Both the position numbers and the translations under genes were made by a program. From sequence record DRR723986_3419: DNA of 34,449 nucleotides; one strand, given 5' to 3'. Shown here piece by piece: positions 17,926 through 27,644 of the stretch. A model generated the notes under the pieces. That model made no database searches, was not told where the DNA came from, and saw only the letters and a program-made list of their open reading frames with translations. The first letter of the stretch is position 1. The number at the start of each line of letters is the position of its first letter.

Positions 17926-19404
17926 ATGACTATTACTGCAACAAACAGCCATAAACCAGCCACGCGCTTCCTACAGACTGTCGCTCTGCTGCTCTGCGGA
18001 TTGGCCCTGGCATCCTCATATTCCTTTGCCAAGAGTGTTCCCGTCGTAAGTATCGATGCGGCGTTCTTCCGCTATGATGAATCGAAGAATTACTGCGAAG
18101 TATTTTATTCGATTCCCGATTCCTCACTGACGTACCGCCCCGATCCAAACGGAGAGTATATCGGTGAAGTCTACATGCGTGTAGAAGTCGGTACCAAAGT
18201 CAAACAGGAACTGGCCTTCCACTGGATTGTTGAGCATAAATCCGACGTCGAAAAACCTTCATACGATATGGACCTGAATGGCCTCAAGTCTTTCTTGCTT
18301 CCGCCGGGAAACTACGATGCCACCATCGTGATTAAAGATCTGGCCTTCCCGAATGACTCGACGCTGGTCACCGTGCCCATGCAGGTGCCCAAATTTGGCA
18401 ATGATCGCGTACAGCTCAGCTCGCCAATTCTGGCAAGTACTATCGAACCAGTCGATAAAAGCGACAAGGAACGCTACGAGTCCGTGTATCGCCATTCTTC
18501 CATGTACGTCGTGCCGAATGCATCACAAATACTATCCGGAACTACACCGGTGCTGCAAACCTACCTGGAAGTCTACAACACTCAACGTTTTCTTGGAGAA
18601 GGATTTACGGCCCGCTACCGCGTCCTGAGTTCGGACGGCAAGGAAAGAGCGCGCCAGGAAAGTCAACATAAGGCCACCAGCAACGCGCAGGTACTGGCAC
18701 AGTCCATGCCTGTTGATACGCTGCCCAGCGGAATGTATTACGTCAATATTGGAATTGTAGATGCGGAAGGGCAGCTGCAAACCGAAACCGCTAAACGCTT
18801 CTATCTGGTGAATCCCGACCGTCCTCCGGTCCAGGAGCGCCTCTTCTCCGTTGATGAGCGCTTTGAGACCAGTGAATTTGCAACACTCAACGGCCGCGAA
18901 ATCAAAAAAGCCTGGGAGCAGTTCCGCGTTCTGGCGGCACCCTCCGAAGTCGCCGTTTGGGAAGACCTGACGGACGATAAGGCCCGCGCCCGTTTCCTGT
19001 TTCAGCAGTGGGACCTGCGTGATCCGGACCGCCAAACCAAAATCAATGAGTCCCTGGAAGAATTTAAAGCGCGCATCGAACATGCCAACACCTTCTTCCA
19101 GAGCCTGCGCCACAAAGAAGGCTGGCGCTCCAGCCGCGGACGTGTGCTCCTGCAATACGGCCAGCCCGATGACGTCCGCCGTCACTACAGTGAGCCGGAA
19201 ACGCGCCCTTATGAAATCTGGACATTTACGCAGATTCAGGGTGGTGTGACCTTCGTATTCGTAGATATGAGTGGTGCCGGTGCCTTTTCACTTGTGCATT
19301 CAACCGCACTCGAAGAGCATCTTGATGAAGACTGGTTTAACCGCTTTGCGCGCGTAGTGCCGGGTGGCAATGTCAATCAGGATGATCCGCTCATGGGCCG
19401 GTGA
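17926..19404 (+). CDS. GWxTD domain-containing protein
   Basis: Signal peptide and Ig-like N-terminal region. W..RDPD..T..NE, RIEHAN..F, GWRSSRGRV...YGQPD, PYEIW, FVFVD..G.G.F.LVHST. Confidence 0.88.
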   Translation: MTITATNSHKPATRFLQTVALLLCGLALASSYSFAKSVPVVSIDAAFFRYDESKNYCEVFYSIPDSSLTYRPDPNGEYIGEVYMRVEVGTKVKQELAFHWIVEHKSDVEKPSYDMDLNGLKSFLLPPGNYDATIVIKDLAFPNDSTLVTVPMQVPKFGNDRVQLSSPILASTIEPVDKSDKERYESVYRHSSMYVVPNASQILSGTTPVLQTYLEVYNTQRFLGEGFTARYRVLSSDGKERARQESQHKATSNAQVLAQSMPVDTLPSGMYYVNIGIVDAEGQLQTETAKRFYLVNPDRPPVQERLFSVDERFETSEFATLNGREIKKAWEQFRVLAAPSEVAVWEDLTDDKARARFLFQQWDLRDPDRQTKINESLEEFKARIEHANTFFQSLRHKEGWRSSRGRVLLQYGQPDDVRRHYSEPETRPYEIWTFTQIQGGVTFVFVDMSGAGAFSLVHSTALEEHLDEDWFNRFARVVPGGNVNQDDPLMGR

Positions 19405-19446
19405 ACGGCGCTGCCTTAAAGATAGACTTTGTAGTGAGGGCCTGCC

Positions 19447-20364
19447 GTGGCGCAATGGTTATTGACGCAATTTCTGGCGTTTCTCGGCGTAATCAGCCGC
19501 GTCTTGCCCTGGGGCATGCGCCAGTTTATGGGCCGGCGTGTCGGTGACGTCCTGCGCCTGCTGAGCCGTAAACGACGTGAAATCACCGAGTCGAACCTGC
19601 AGCACTCCTTCCCCGAAACCACAAGTGCGCAGCGCGAACAGATAGCGCGTGAGTCCTATCACAACCTCGGCATCACACTTCTTGAACTCCTGGCATTTCC
19701 GGCGCTCAGCGACGCAGAAATTGAGCGCGTTATCCGCTTCGAAAATATTGAACTGATTCAGTCGGCCTGTGCTTCCGGTGGCGGCGTGATTCTGCTTTCC
19801 GCCCACTTTGGCAACTGGGAGCTTTCCGCCTTTGCCGTTGCCCATCACCTGGGCCTGCCGCTAAATGTCATCGTAAAACATCAACGCAATCAATATGCTG
19901 ACCGCATGCTCAACCGCATTCGTGCGGCACGTGGTAATAATCTGGTTTCAATGGACCGCGCCGCGCGCGAAGCCGTGCGCGTCTTCCGTTCCGGTGGAAT
20001 TTTAGCCTTGCTTGCCGACCAAAGTGCCCGGCCCGGCTCCGATCCATTTCTGAACGTTTTTGGCCGTCCGGCGCCCGTCTACCGCGCCCCGGCAGCTCTT
20101 GCCCTGCGCTTTGGTGTGCCGATTGTGATGGGCCTGTGCACGCGCCAGGCCGACGGTACCTATGTTGTACGCCTGCATGCCGTGGATATGGAGGGTCTGC
20201 CACCCGATGAGGAGGGCATCATGGAGTTAACGCGCCGCCACCTGGCGATGATGGAAAATCATATACGCGAATTCCCGGGCCAATGGGTTTGGCAGCACCG
20301 CCGCTGGAAACACAAGGCCCCACCCGAATTTACAAGTGGCGCAACAGCTGAGAAGCCGCAATGA
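19447..20364 (+). CDS. Lipid A biosynthesis late acyltransferase (LpxL/HtrB family)
   Basis: NL..SFPE, HFGNWE, LADQ, FGRPA, PGQWVWQHRRWK. Confidence 0.92.
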   Translation: MAQWLLTQFLAFLGVISRVLPWGMRQFMGRRVGDVLRLLSRKRREITESNLQHSFPETTSAQREQIARESYHNLGITLLELLAFPALSDAEIERVIRFENIELIQSACASGGGVILLSAHFGNWELSAFAVAHHLGLPLNVIVKHQRNQYADRMLNRIRAARGNNLVSMDRAAREAVRVFRSGGILALLADQSARPGSDPFLNVFGRPAPVYRAPAALALRFGVPIVMGLCTRQADGTYVVRLHAVDMEGLPPDEEGIMELTRRHLAMMENHIREFPGQWVWQHRRWKHKAPPEFTSGATAEKPQ

Positions 20365-21467
20365 GCATTGCCAAGGAAGACCTGCACACTGCCCGGCGCC
20401 TCGCAATTTTGCACACAGCCTTCATTGGGGATGTGGCGCTCGCTGCCGTCCTGGCGCAAAAAATCAAAGACCTGGCGCCGCAAGCCGAGCTGCATTTTAT
20501 CACAACTCCGCAGGCGGCGCCACTGGCTGAGTGTTTTGCGGCCGTTGATCAGGTGCATGTTTTTGACAAGCGCGGCAGTGCGCGCGGAATCGCCGGAATG
20601 CGCAAATTTGCCGCGCAGCTGGCCGAACTCAGCTTTGATGGAATGATTGTGCCGCATCGCTCGCTGCGAAGTACCTTGCTGGCGCGCTGGTGCCGCCCCG
20701 GGTGGTCGCTCGGTTTTAACTCAGCCGGACTGGCGAAGCTGCATACATTCACTGAACACTATCAGCAGCATCTGCACGAAGTCGATCGCAATTTGGCGCT
20801 TCTGCGCAGATTTTTACCTGGTGGCACAAGTGATTATGCCGACCTGCGGCCGCGCAGCGTGGCTGTCGACCTTGCACCTGACGTGTCCGGCGCAGTTGAT
20901 CAATTGCTGCAGGACTGTGGGCTAGATTATGGAAAGGGTGGCTCAACTGAGATCCTGGCGATAGCTCCGGGCTCGGTTTGGCCAACTAAACGCTGGCCCA
21001 CCTCAAAATTCCGCGAGCTGATTACGATGCTCAAATCCCAGCCGGGAAGTACCGCACTCACGCCCCTGCTTGTTGGTGGACCGGCGGATCGCGAAATCTG
21101 TGACTCCCTGGCGCAGGACCTCAATATTGCCAACCTTGCCGGCCGCACGAGTCTGCCCGAACTGCTCGAAATTCTGCGCCGCTCAGCGCTCCTGTTGAGT
21201 AACGACAGTGCGCCGACGCATCTGGCCAACCTGATAAACTGTCCCGTTGCAGTTCTGTTTGGTCCCACAATTCCCGAATTTGGCTTTGCGCCACGCAAGG
21301 CACATGACCGTGTAATTCAGATGCAAAATATGCCATGCCGCCCCTGTTCCATCCACGGCCCCCGCCGCTGCCCACTTGGAACTCACGCCTGCATGCACGA
21401 AATTCCCGTCGAATCCGTACTCGATACGCTCAAGGACATGCACGCAATCGCATCCAAAAATTCCTGA
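20361..21467 (+). CDS. waaF: GT9 glycosyltransferase (LPS heptosyltransferase II-like)
   Basis: TAFIGDV, PHRSLRS, HEVDRNL, APGSVWPTKRWP, NDSAPTHLA, FGPT, CRPCSIHG..CPLG.H.CM. ATGA overlap with the lpxL-like gene. Confidence 0.88.
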   Translation: MSIAKEDLHTARRLAILHTAFIGDVALAAVLAQKIKDLAPQAELHFITTPQAAPLAECFAAVDQVHVFDKRGSARGIAGMRKFAAQLAELSFDGMIVPHRSLRSTLLARWCRPGWSLGFNSAGLAKLHTFTEHYQQHLHEVDRNLALLRRFLPGGTSDYADLRPRSVAVDLAPDVSGAVDQLLQDCGLDYGKGGSTEILAIAPGSVWPTKRWPTSKFRELITMLKSQPGSTALTPLLVGGPADREICDSLAQDLNIANLAGRTSLPELLEILRRSALLLSNDSAPTHLANLINCPVAVLFGPTIPEFGFAPRKAHDRVIQMQNMPCRPCSIHGPRRCPLGTHACMHEIPVESVLDTLKDMHAIASKNS

Positions 21468-21472
21468 CTCGT

Positions 21473-22477
21473 ATGAAACCGACCGAATCCATTCCCGACT
21501 CTCTGTTTGCCGAAGGTGTTGCAGCCATGCAGGCAACTATGCTGGACGAAGCCGAGGCTGTTAAACAAGCCGCCGAACGCATTGACCATAAAACTGTTGT
21601 TAAGGCCCTTCAGATTCTGCTTAAGGCGCGCAACTGTATTGTGACGGGAGTCGGCAAATCCGGTTTAATCGGACGCAAAATTGCCGCGAGTTTAACAAGT
21701 ACGGGCGCACCGGCACTGTTTATGCATCCCGTGGAAGCGCTGCACGGTGACCTGGGAATTGTTGGAGATGACGACTGTGTTATTCTGCTCTCAAAAAGCG
21801 GTACTACGGCCGAAATAATGCGTTTAATGCCCGTGTTAAAGTCACGTGGCCTGCCCTGCATTGGAATTCTGGGCGCAACAGATTCACCACTGGCCGAAAT
21901 GATGGACCTGGTTCTGGATGCGTCGGTAGTACGCGAAGCATGTAAACTTAACGCCGCTCCTACAAGCAGTACAACCACCGCGCTCGCAATTGGTGATGCC
22001 TTAACAGTGGCGCTGATGCACATCCGCAAAGTTGGGCATGCCGACTTTGCGCAGCACCATCCACTGGGGCAACTTGGCCGCAACCTGACTCTGCGTGTTA
22101 AGGACGTAATGCACTCAGGCGACGCTGTGCCGCTTGTTAACACTTCTGCCGATTTCCGTGAGGCAATTATCGCGAGTAGTGCCAAACACCTGGGCTGTGT
22201 TCTCATTGCCGCCGATGGCAAGCTGCATGGAATATTAACTGATGGTGACGTGCGCCGCGCACTGCAGGATCACGCCGATATTCGTTCCCTAAGTGCCGCG
22301 CAGGTTATGACGTCCAATCCCGTAACTGCACATCCCGATATGCTGCTGGGTGAGGCTCTGGAGTTAATGGAGAACCGCCGAACACAAATCAGTGTGCTGC
22401 CCGTGGTCGATGACGTCGCCCGGCTCTGTGGCGTGATTCGTTTGCACGATATTATTCGCGCCGGTAAAGATGTTTAA
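21473..22477 (+). CDS. kdsD: KpsF/GutQ arabinose-5-phosphate isomerase (SIS + 2 CBS)
   Basis: TGVGKSG, STG.PA.F.HP.EALHGDLG, SKSG, APTSSTT, HP.G.LG, TDGD.RR. Start reassigned to ATG 21473. Confidence 0.95.
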   Translation: MKPTESIPDSLFAEGVAAMQATMLDEAEAVKQAAERIDHKTVVKALQILLKARNCIVTGVGKSGLIGRKIAASLTSTGAPALFMHPVEALHGDLGIVGDDDCVILLSKSGTTAEIMRLMPVLKSRGLPCIGILGATDSPLAEMMDLVLDASVVREACKLNAAPTSSTTTALAIGDALTVALMHIRKVGHADFAQHHPLGQLGRNLTLRVKDVMHSGDAVPLVNTSADFREAIIASSAKHLGCVLIAADGKLHGILTDGDVRRALQDHADIRSLSAAQVMTSNPVTAHPDMLLGEALELMENRRTQISVLPVVDDVARLCGVIRLHDIIRAGKDV

Positions 22478-22724
22478 CAGTTGAATTGTTAAGCGGCGCT
22501 TTGAGTTCGTCCCTTTGGTCCGCCCTCAGGCTGTATTGATTTTCTTGTTTGTCGCTGTGTTGTAAGTCACAGCCTTGAGTCTGTGTGGCTCAGCTGTTTA
22601 ATGGCTGTCTCAAAAGTTGATCGTTGCGGACGCATTAACTAACAAAGAGAAAAAAAGCAAGCCACTTCATCAGGGGCGAAGCGCTCATGCCTGGGTGTTG
22701 ATTTCTGCCAAGTGTTGTTAAGTG

Positions 22725-22757
22725 CTGTATCGTGAACTACTGTGTCGTGAACTACTG
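22725..22757. repeat. 15-bp tandem duplication overlapping the rodZ-like stop codon
   Basis: CTGTATCGTGAACTA / CTGTGTCGTGAACTA / CTG. Confidence 0.75.
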
Positions 22758-23654
22758 ATTAACTGCGCTGCTGTCGCCAATTGCCGTGTTTGCTGAATCG
22801 GGCGCTGCCTGTACACGTAGATGTCGTGGTGTGAATACGCGTCCGTTGCTGGCAAATATACCTTTGCGATTAACGCGTACATCGCGCATTACCTTTGAGC
22901 CCAGCGGTGGAACTTTTTCACCTAAGTAAAAGAAGGAGACGGCTCCGGCATTGCCAAGTGTTAACTTAAAGTTGTCTTTGGCTTTCCAGCTAATTGATTC
23001 GCCTTCCTGCAGTATGCCTTCCCAGCTTTTGCGGCCATCCATTACCATGCTAATCCAGATCTCGGCTGAGGCGTCGGCACGTAAAGTCAGGGAGTCGCTG
23101 AGGTCGACTGCACTTGTTAAGTTTTGAGCATCGCCTGCTGAAACGGCTGCCGTGCCTACGTTAAGTGGTTCAACGGCAGGGGGGACATTTGTTAAGAGCG
23201 TTTCGTCCTCGGGGTCGTCGCTGTCAAGGAGGACAAACATGGCTACAAAAAGCAGGGCAACCACGATGGTCGCATAGATAATTTTTGTGAGGATTGAGTT
23301 TGCGGGAGTGGAAAATGCGGTGTTAAGGTCGTTGCTTTGGAAGGTGCCGCCACCTACGTCGGCGGTAGCTGTCTGGCCTGGACCGCTGCGTAAACCGGTA
23401 AATGTGGAGTCCATCAGAGCTTCCAGTTGGTCGGCCGGCATGCCCAGGAATAGGCCATACTTACGCACAAAGGAGCGCATGTATGGGGCGGGGAGTTGTT
23501 CCCAGCGTGCTTCCTCTATCGAGTGCAGGACCGTACCGCGAATGCTGGTTTCCTGTTCTACCTCGGCATACGATAGCTTGCGTTGTTCGCGTCGGGCGCG
23601 GAGGGCTTCGTGTAAAGCTACCGCAGGTGCGCCGTCTTTATCGTGCTGTGACAT
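22752..23654 (-). CDS. rodZ: RodZ-like HTH / TM / DUF4115 protein
   Basis: N-terminal HTH (LRARRE..LS..V..T.I..L..IE..LP..Y.RSF.RKY..FLG), one TM, C-terminal W.S...DG and LGNAGAV. Confidence 0.8.
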   Translation of the reverse strand: MSQHDKDGAPAVALHEALRARREQRKLSYAEVEQETSIRGTVLHSIEEARWEQLPAPYMRSFVRKYGLFLGMPADQLEALMDSTFTGLRSGPGQTATADVGGGTFQSNDLNTAFSTPANSILTKIIYATIVVALLFVAMFVLLDSDDPEDETLLTNVPPAVEPLNVGTAAVSAGDAQNLTSAVDLSDSLTLRADASAEIWISMVMDGRKSWEGILQEGESISWKAKDNFKLTLGNAGAVSFFYLGEKVPPLGSKVMRDVRVNRKGIFASNGRVFTPRHLRVQAAPDSANTAIGDSSAVNQ

Positions 23655-24129
23655 AACTGTGTGAGTCCCCGCAAATCCTGCCGAGTGTCGGTCCGGAAGT
23701 GTACCTGGCTACAGCAACAAGCGTAACTAGCGCTCGCCGGTTAAAGAGAGACGCGTAGAATCGTTGCGCGGCTCATTCTCAACCGGGCGACAAATTATTG
23801 ATCAATCAAGGCAAAATCAAGCGGAAAATCGAAGTATTTTCTTATAAACCAAAAACTTAGGGGAGTTTCTTCACGTCAATTCGAGTCAGTTGGTATCGCT
23901 CAATTCTGTAAGTGGTTGATCTGTATGGACTTGTGAGAGCTGGATGGCGAATGCGCCCGCCGGCAAAAACTTGACCGAAATTCTACGTAAGCAGTAACTT
24001 GTACATTAAATCAGAAAAAAAGTTTGGCACTCTCGGCAATTCAATAGTTTCCGCGCGGCCTAAAACGCTAAATTTCGGCCGGGCATTGATTGGGAACTTT
24101 AGGAGGGAACGGCGCGAGCCGCCAGGTAC

Positions 24130-25404
24130 ATGAGTAAAACCGGCCCCGGAAATATTGGGGGACAGGCACGTCCCCAGCTGCCCGACTCGCTGCCTGTGCG
24201 GCAGTCGGCACCACGGCATGCCTCAGCGGCCGCTGGCACCAGGCTGCAGGCCGGCGCTTTGGTGCGCGCCACGCTACTGCAATCGCCAATGCGCGGTCGT
24301 GCGGCTGTCCAGCTTCCCACTGGAAGTGTGGAGGCGGTAGTGCAGGCCGATAGTTTGCGCCGCGGTGACACCGTTTTGTTTCGTGTGCAGGAGGCGGGCG
24401 AACGTCTGGTCCTGCGCGTGGAGGGCGTTCCGGCGGCGCAGCTGGGCGCGCAGATAGACTCGGCGGATATCCTCAGAATTCTGGGGCGCCCGGTCAACAA
24501 GCTGGACCTGGCGATTGTGGATTTTCTGCGCGGGCAGGATGGTGGCACGGTAAAAGGGGAGACGGTGCAGGAGCTGCATGCAGCGGTGCGCCGCCTGGTC
24601 GATAATGTGGACCTGAGCCGCCTGGAGCCCGTGTTGCAGACAATTAACAAGTTGCGCGCCTTGCAGCTTCCGGTGGAAGCGACCTGGTTCAATCGATTGC
24701 ATCCGCTGTTTGCCGATACACAAAGTTATGCGCGCGATTTGACCACCTTGCGTGAGCTGGCGCGCGGCGATGAGCCTGCGGTGCGTTCGCTGGGGGAGCA
24801 GATTCAGTCGGCGCTGGGGCGCTCACGCGCGTCGATTTCGGGGCTGATGCGCTTTTTCGCGATGCCGCAGCGCTCCGGTGAGCAGCAGAATATGTATAAT
24901 ATTCTACGCGAATTTGTGCGTGGTGCGGCGGCGCGGCCACCTTCGGCTGCAGTCTCAGAGGCTGTGCGCCTGGCCGAAGGCATGCTCGATTCGATGGAGG
25001 CCCAGCGGCTGCACAACTGGCGTGCAGCCGAACAGAGTGGCGCGCTGCTGTTCAGCCTGGCTTTGCCGCTGGGAGAGGAGCTGCTGCCGGCACGTGTAGA
25101 GGTGCAGACGCGTAGCGCAGCCGAAGGCGGCGACGGTTCGGCGCACTTTCGCGTTAGTTCGGACCTGAGTGCTCTGGGGCCGGTTTCGGCGGGCGGCACG
25201 CTGCAGCGGCGCATGCTTTCTTTGACAATTTTGGCGGCCGACGAGGCCCGCGCTGCAATACTTGAGGCTGAGAGCGAAGAACTGTTACAAAGTTTGCGCA
25301 GCGCAGACTATATCATCCGCGCTTTTGCGGTGCGCGTGGCAGATGCCGAAGGCGGGGATGGCGGAATTGGCACTTCGCCACGCAGTGTGGACATCGTTGT
25401 CTAG
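24130..25404 (+). CDS. Hypothetical protein with FliK-like C-terminal domain
   Basis: GGAGG RBS. Ala-rich, with C-terminal LPL..ARVEV, DLSALGPV, LSLTILA, L...EEL..SL. More GC-rich than its neighbours. Confidence 0.55.
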   Translation: MSKTGPGNIGGQARPQLPDSLPVRQSAPRHASAAAGTRLQAGALVRATLLQSPMRGRAAVQLPTGSVEAVVQADSLRRGDTVLFRVQEAGERLVLRVEGVPAAQLGAQIDSADILRILGRPVNKLDLAIVDFLRGQDGGTVKGETVQELHAAVRRLVDNVDLSRLEPVLQTINKLRALQLPVEATWFNRLHPLFADTQSYARDLTTLRELARGDEPAVRSLGEQIQSALGRSRASISGLMRFFAMPQRSGEQQNMYNILREFVRGAAARPPSAAVSEAVRLAEGMLDSMEAQRLHNWRAAEQSGALLFSLALPLGEELLPARVEVQTRSAAEGGDGSAHFRVSSDLSALGPVSAGGTLQRRMLSLTILAADEARAAILEAESEELLQSLRSADYIIRAFAVRVADAEGGDGGIGTSPRSVDIVV

Positions 25405-25468
25405 GCGTGTTGTTTCGCAAATTGAATAATTAAAACGGCCGCGCGCCTGCATTGAAGCGAAAATCCGC

Positions 25469-25476
25469 TATATTTG
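25469..25476 (+). promoter_or_regulatory. Bacteroidota-type -7 promoter element
   Basis: TATATTTG matches TAnnTTTG, 130 nt upstream of the lipoprotein gene. Confidence 0.45.
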
Positions 25477-25605
25477 CGGCTTGATGGCCGCACTTTGTGC
25501 TCCTCCGGGCATGTGTATGAGTCGCGTATTCTGGCTGGTGTCAGGTCTGTCCCGCAGGCTGCAGGCAGTTGAAATGGACGGCCGTCTTCCAGGGAATCTA
25601 CAATT

Positions 25606-26484
25606 ATGAGTATTGGAATGAATGCCGGGCAGTGCAGCTGCCGGTCGCGTGTATTTCTCCTATCGGCCTTGCTGGCCGGCGTCCTGACGCTGGGTGGATG
25701 TAGCGATGGTGCTCCCGACGCCGGACATCCGGACCTGCCAATTACACACACGTTTGGTATCGAGCAAATGCAGGGTGGTGGCGTAGCCGTGGAAGGTTCT
25801 GTGGAAGGCACAAGTGCCGGTGACGGCACGTCGCTCACGTTTGCGCGCAACATCAAAGCAATGACCATGATCCTGCGCAAAGTAGATGGAACTGCGCTGG
25901 ACACGCTGCCGATGAGCCCGATTGCCGATGCCGGAATGTGGAGTGGCAAAGGTGGGAGTGACACTTTGCGACTTAAAGATGAAGTTGTCTGGCCCAATCC
26001 CGAAGGTCTCAAGCTCAAAAACATCATAGCCGTATTGGAAGTTGAACACGTTGACGGCAGTATGTATGCCGCCACCCAGAATTTTGTGCTTGGAGAAGCC
26101 AAAAAGCAAGTCTTTAAGGGCTTGAGCCTGCGTCCTATCATTGAGGACCAATCGGAATCTTCGGCCACCTTTACGATGCTGGCGCAGCGCCGCCGTGCAA
26201 TTAAGAACGAACATTTTACGACGGAAGAAACCTTCCGTGTGGAAATACTGGATGGGTCTGAGGTCCTGTGGAGCTCAGCTCACGGGCGTCAGTTTAACCC
26301 GCTGTATGCCGTGGTGGAGCCGGTCAACGATGGCTCATTTCACCGCAATTCAATTGAATGGGATGGTATGACCAACGCCGGGGAACCTTTGGCGGCGGGT
26401 GAGTATACCGTCCGGATGACTATTCCCTGCCTGCCTGCGGCATATTCTGATTCGCTTACTCTTAAATGGAAACTATCGCAATGA
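25606..26484 (+). CDS. Putative lipoprotein with C-terminal BsuPI/FlgD-like Ig domain
   Basis: Hydrophobic stretch plus lipobox LGGC. C-terminal FRVEI..LWSS..G..F..WDG...G.PL..GEY.V. Exact start uncertain. Confidence 0.6.
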   Translation: MSIGMNAGQCSCRSRVFLLSALLAGVLTLGGCSDGAPDAGHPDLPITHTFGIEQMQGGGVAVEGSVEGTSAGDGTSLTFARNIKAMTMILRKVDGTALDTLPMSPIADAGMWSGKGGSDTLRLKDEVVWPNPEGLKLKNIIAVLEVEHVDGSMYAATQNFVLGEAKKQVFKGLSLRPIIEDQSESSATFTMLAQRRRAIKNEHFTTEETFRVEILDGSEVLWSSAHGRQFNPLYAVVEPVNDGSFHRNSIEWDGMTNAGEPLAAGEYTVRMTIPCLPAAYSDSLTLKWKLSQ

Positions 26485-27602
26485 CAGATCGCGAGGCGAT
26501 GCAGCACGCCCTGGAGTTGGCTTTGCGCGGCACGGGCCACGTCAGCCCCAACCCGCGTGTTGGAAGTGTAATTTTGCGTGACGGTACGCTGATCGCTGAG
26601 GGCTGGCACGCCAAATTTGGTGAGGCACATGCTGAAGTGGTGGCTTTGACGCAGGCCTCCGAAGCCGGTGAGTCCGTAACTGGGGCGACTTTGTATACGA
26701 CGCTGGAGCCTTGTAATCATCAAGGCAAACAGGGGCCGTGCACGCAGGCGATTATTGCCGCGGGCATCGGCCGCGTTGTGATTGGCGCAATTGATGCAAA
26801 TCCCGAAGTCAGTGGCAGCGGCGTTCAGGCCCTGCGCGACGCAGGTATCGAAGTTGAGACTGGAGTGCTGCAGGAAGAATGCGAATGGCAGCTGCGCGCC
26901 TACAATCACTTTGCCGCCACCGGGCGTCCCTACGTGATTGCCAAAGCCGCGCAGTCGCTGGATGGTTCGATCGCAACCTCAATGGGGCAGTCGCGCTGGA
27001 TCAGCGGTGAAGAAAGCCGTACACGTGTGCATCGCCTGCGTCGTGATGTGGACGCTGTTATGGTTGGCGCTGCAACGGTCAAAAAGGACAATCCGGAATT
27101 AACGGTGCGTCTGGTTGACGGACCGTCACCACGCAGAGTTGTGCTGGATACGACCATGGAGTCGTCATTGCGCGCCAAATTGTTCGTGGGACCGGACAGA
27201 TTCAAAACAATTTTGTTCATTGGTGAAGCACACAAGAACAGCGTCAAATCCAATGCACTTGCAGTCAGTGGAATTCAGGTTCGCAGTGTTCCCGAATCTT
27301 CGGTGGAAATGCTGGACATTGATGCAGTTTTGAAGCAGCTGGCAGAGGAAGGCATCACCAGCGTTTTGGTTGAAGGTGGTGCGCGCGTGCTCTCCAGCAT
27401 TGCAGAGCGCGGCCTGATCGATGAGATGCATTTGTTTGTGGCCCCCATGATTCTCGGCAAAGGCATGGGAACATTTGAACATTTGAAAGTCATGCGGCTG
27501 GACCAGGCACCACGGATGCAATTCCATACAATTAGCCGCAGCGGCGACGACATGCACGTGATTCTACGCCGCATTCCAGAGCCCAAAGAAGGCGATGCTT
27601 AG
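26481..27602 (+). CDS. ribD: Riboflavin biosynthesis bifunctional deaminase/reductase
   Basis: PNPRVG, HAE, TLEPC.H.G..PC, SLDG, WISG, DNPELTVR, VEGG. ATG 26481 overlaps the upstream TGA. Confidence 0.96.
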   Translation: MTDREAMQHALELALRGTGHVSPNPRVGSVILRDGTLIAEGWHAKFGEAHAEVVALTQASEAGESVTGATLYTTLEPCNHQGKQGPCTQAIIAAGIGRVVIGAIDANPEVSGSGVQALRDAGIEVETGVLQEECEWQLRAYNHFAATGRPYVIAKAAQSLDGSIATSMGQSRWISGEESRTRVHRLRRDVDAVMVGAATVKKDNPELTVRLVDGPSPRRVVLDTTMESSLRAKLFVGPDRFKTILFIGEAHKNSVKSNALAVSGIQVRSVPESSVEMLDIDAVLKQLAEEGITSVLVEGGARVLSSIAERGLIDEMHLFVAPMILGKGMGTFEHLKVMRLDQAPRMQFHTISRSGDDMHVILRRIPEPKEGDA

Positions 27603-27644
27603 GCCTGAGTGAAACACTCTTATTAATACTAGCGAACAAATTGG

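Noticed and set aside
24024-24085. sigma54, CIRCE or sigma28 site upstream of the FliK-like gene
   Set aside because: TTGGCAC lacks the GC at the correct -12 spacing, there is no second CIRCE arm, and the TAAA-GCCG spacing is wrong.
25497-25600. FMN riboswitch upstream of the lipoprotein-ribD unit
   Set aside because: Only scattered resemblance (CCGGGCA, CTGGCTGGT, CCCGCAGGC, GCCGTC). The GGG/CCC P2 stem and the 3' AGUCYGGAUG..AGA element are absent. An Rfam RF00050 scan would settle it.
25511-25609. 32-codon upstream ORF whose stop overlaps the lipoprotein ATG
   Set aside because: No RBS or recognisable features; compatible with chance.
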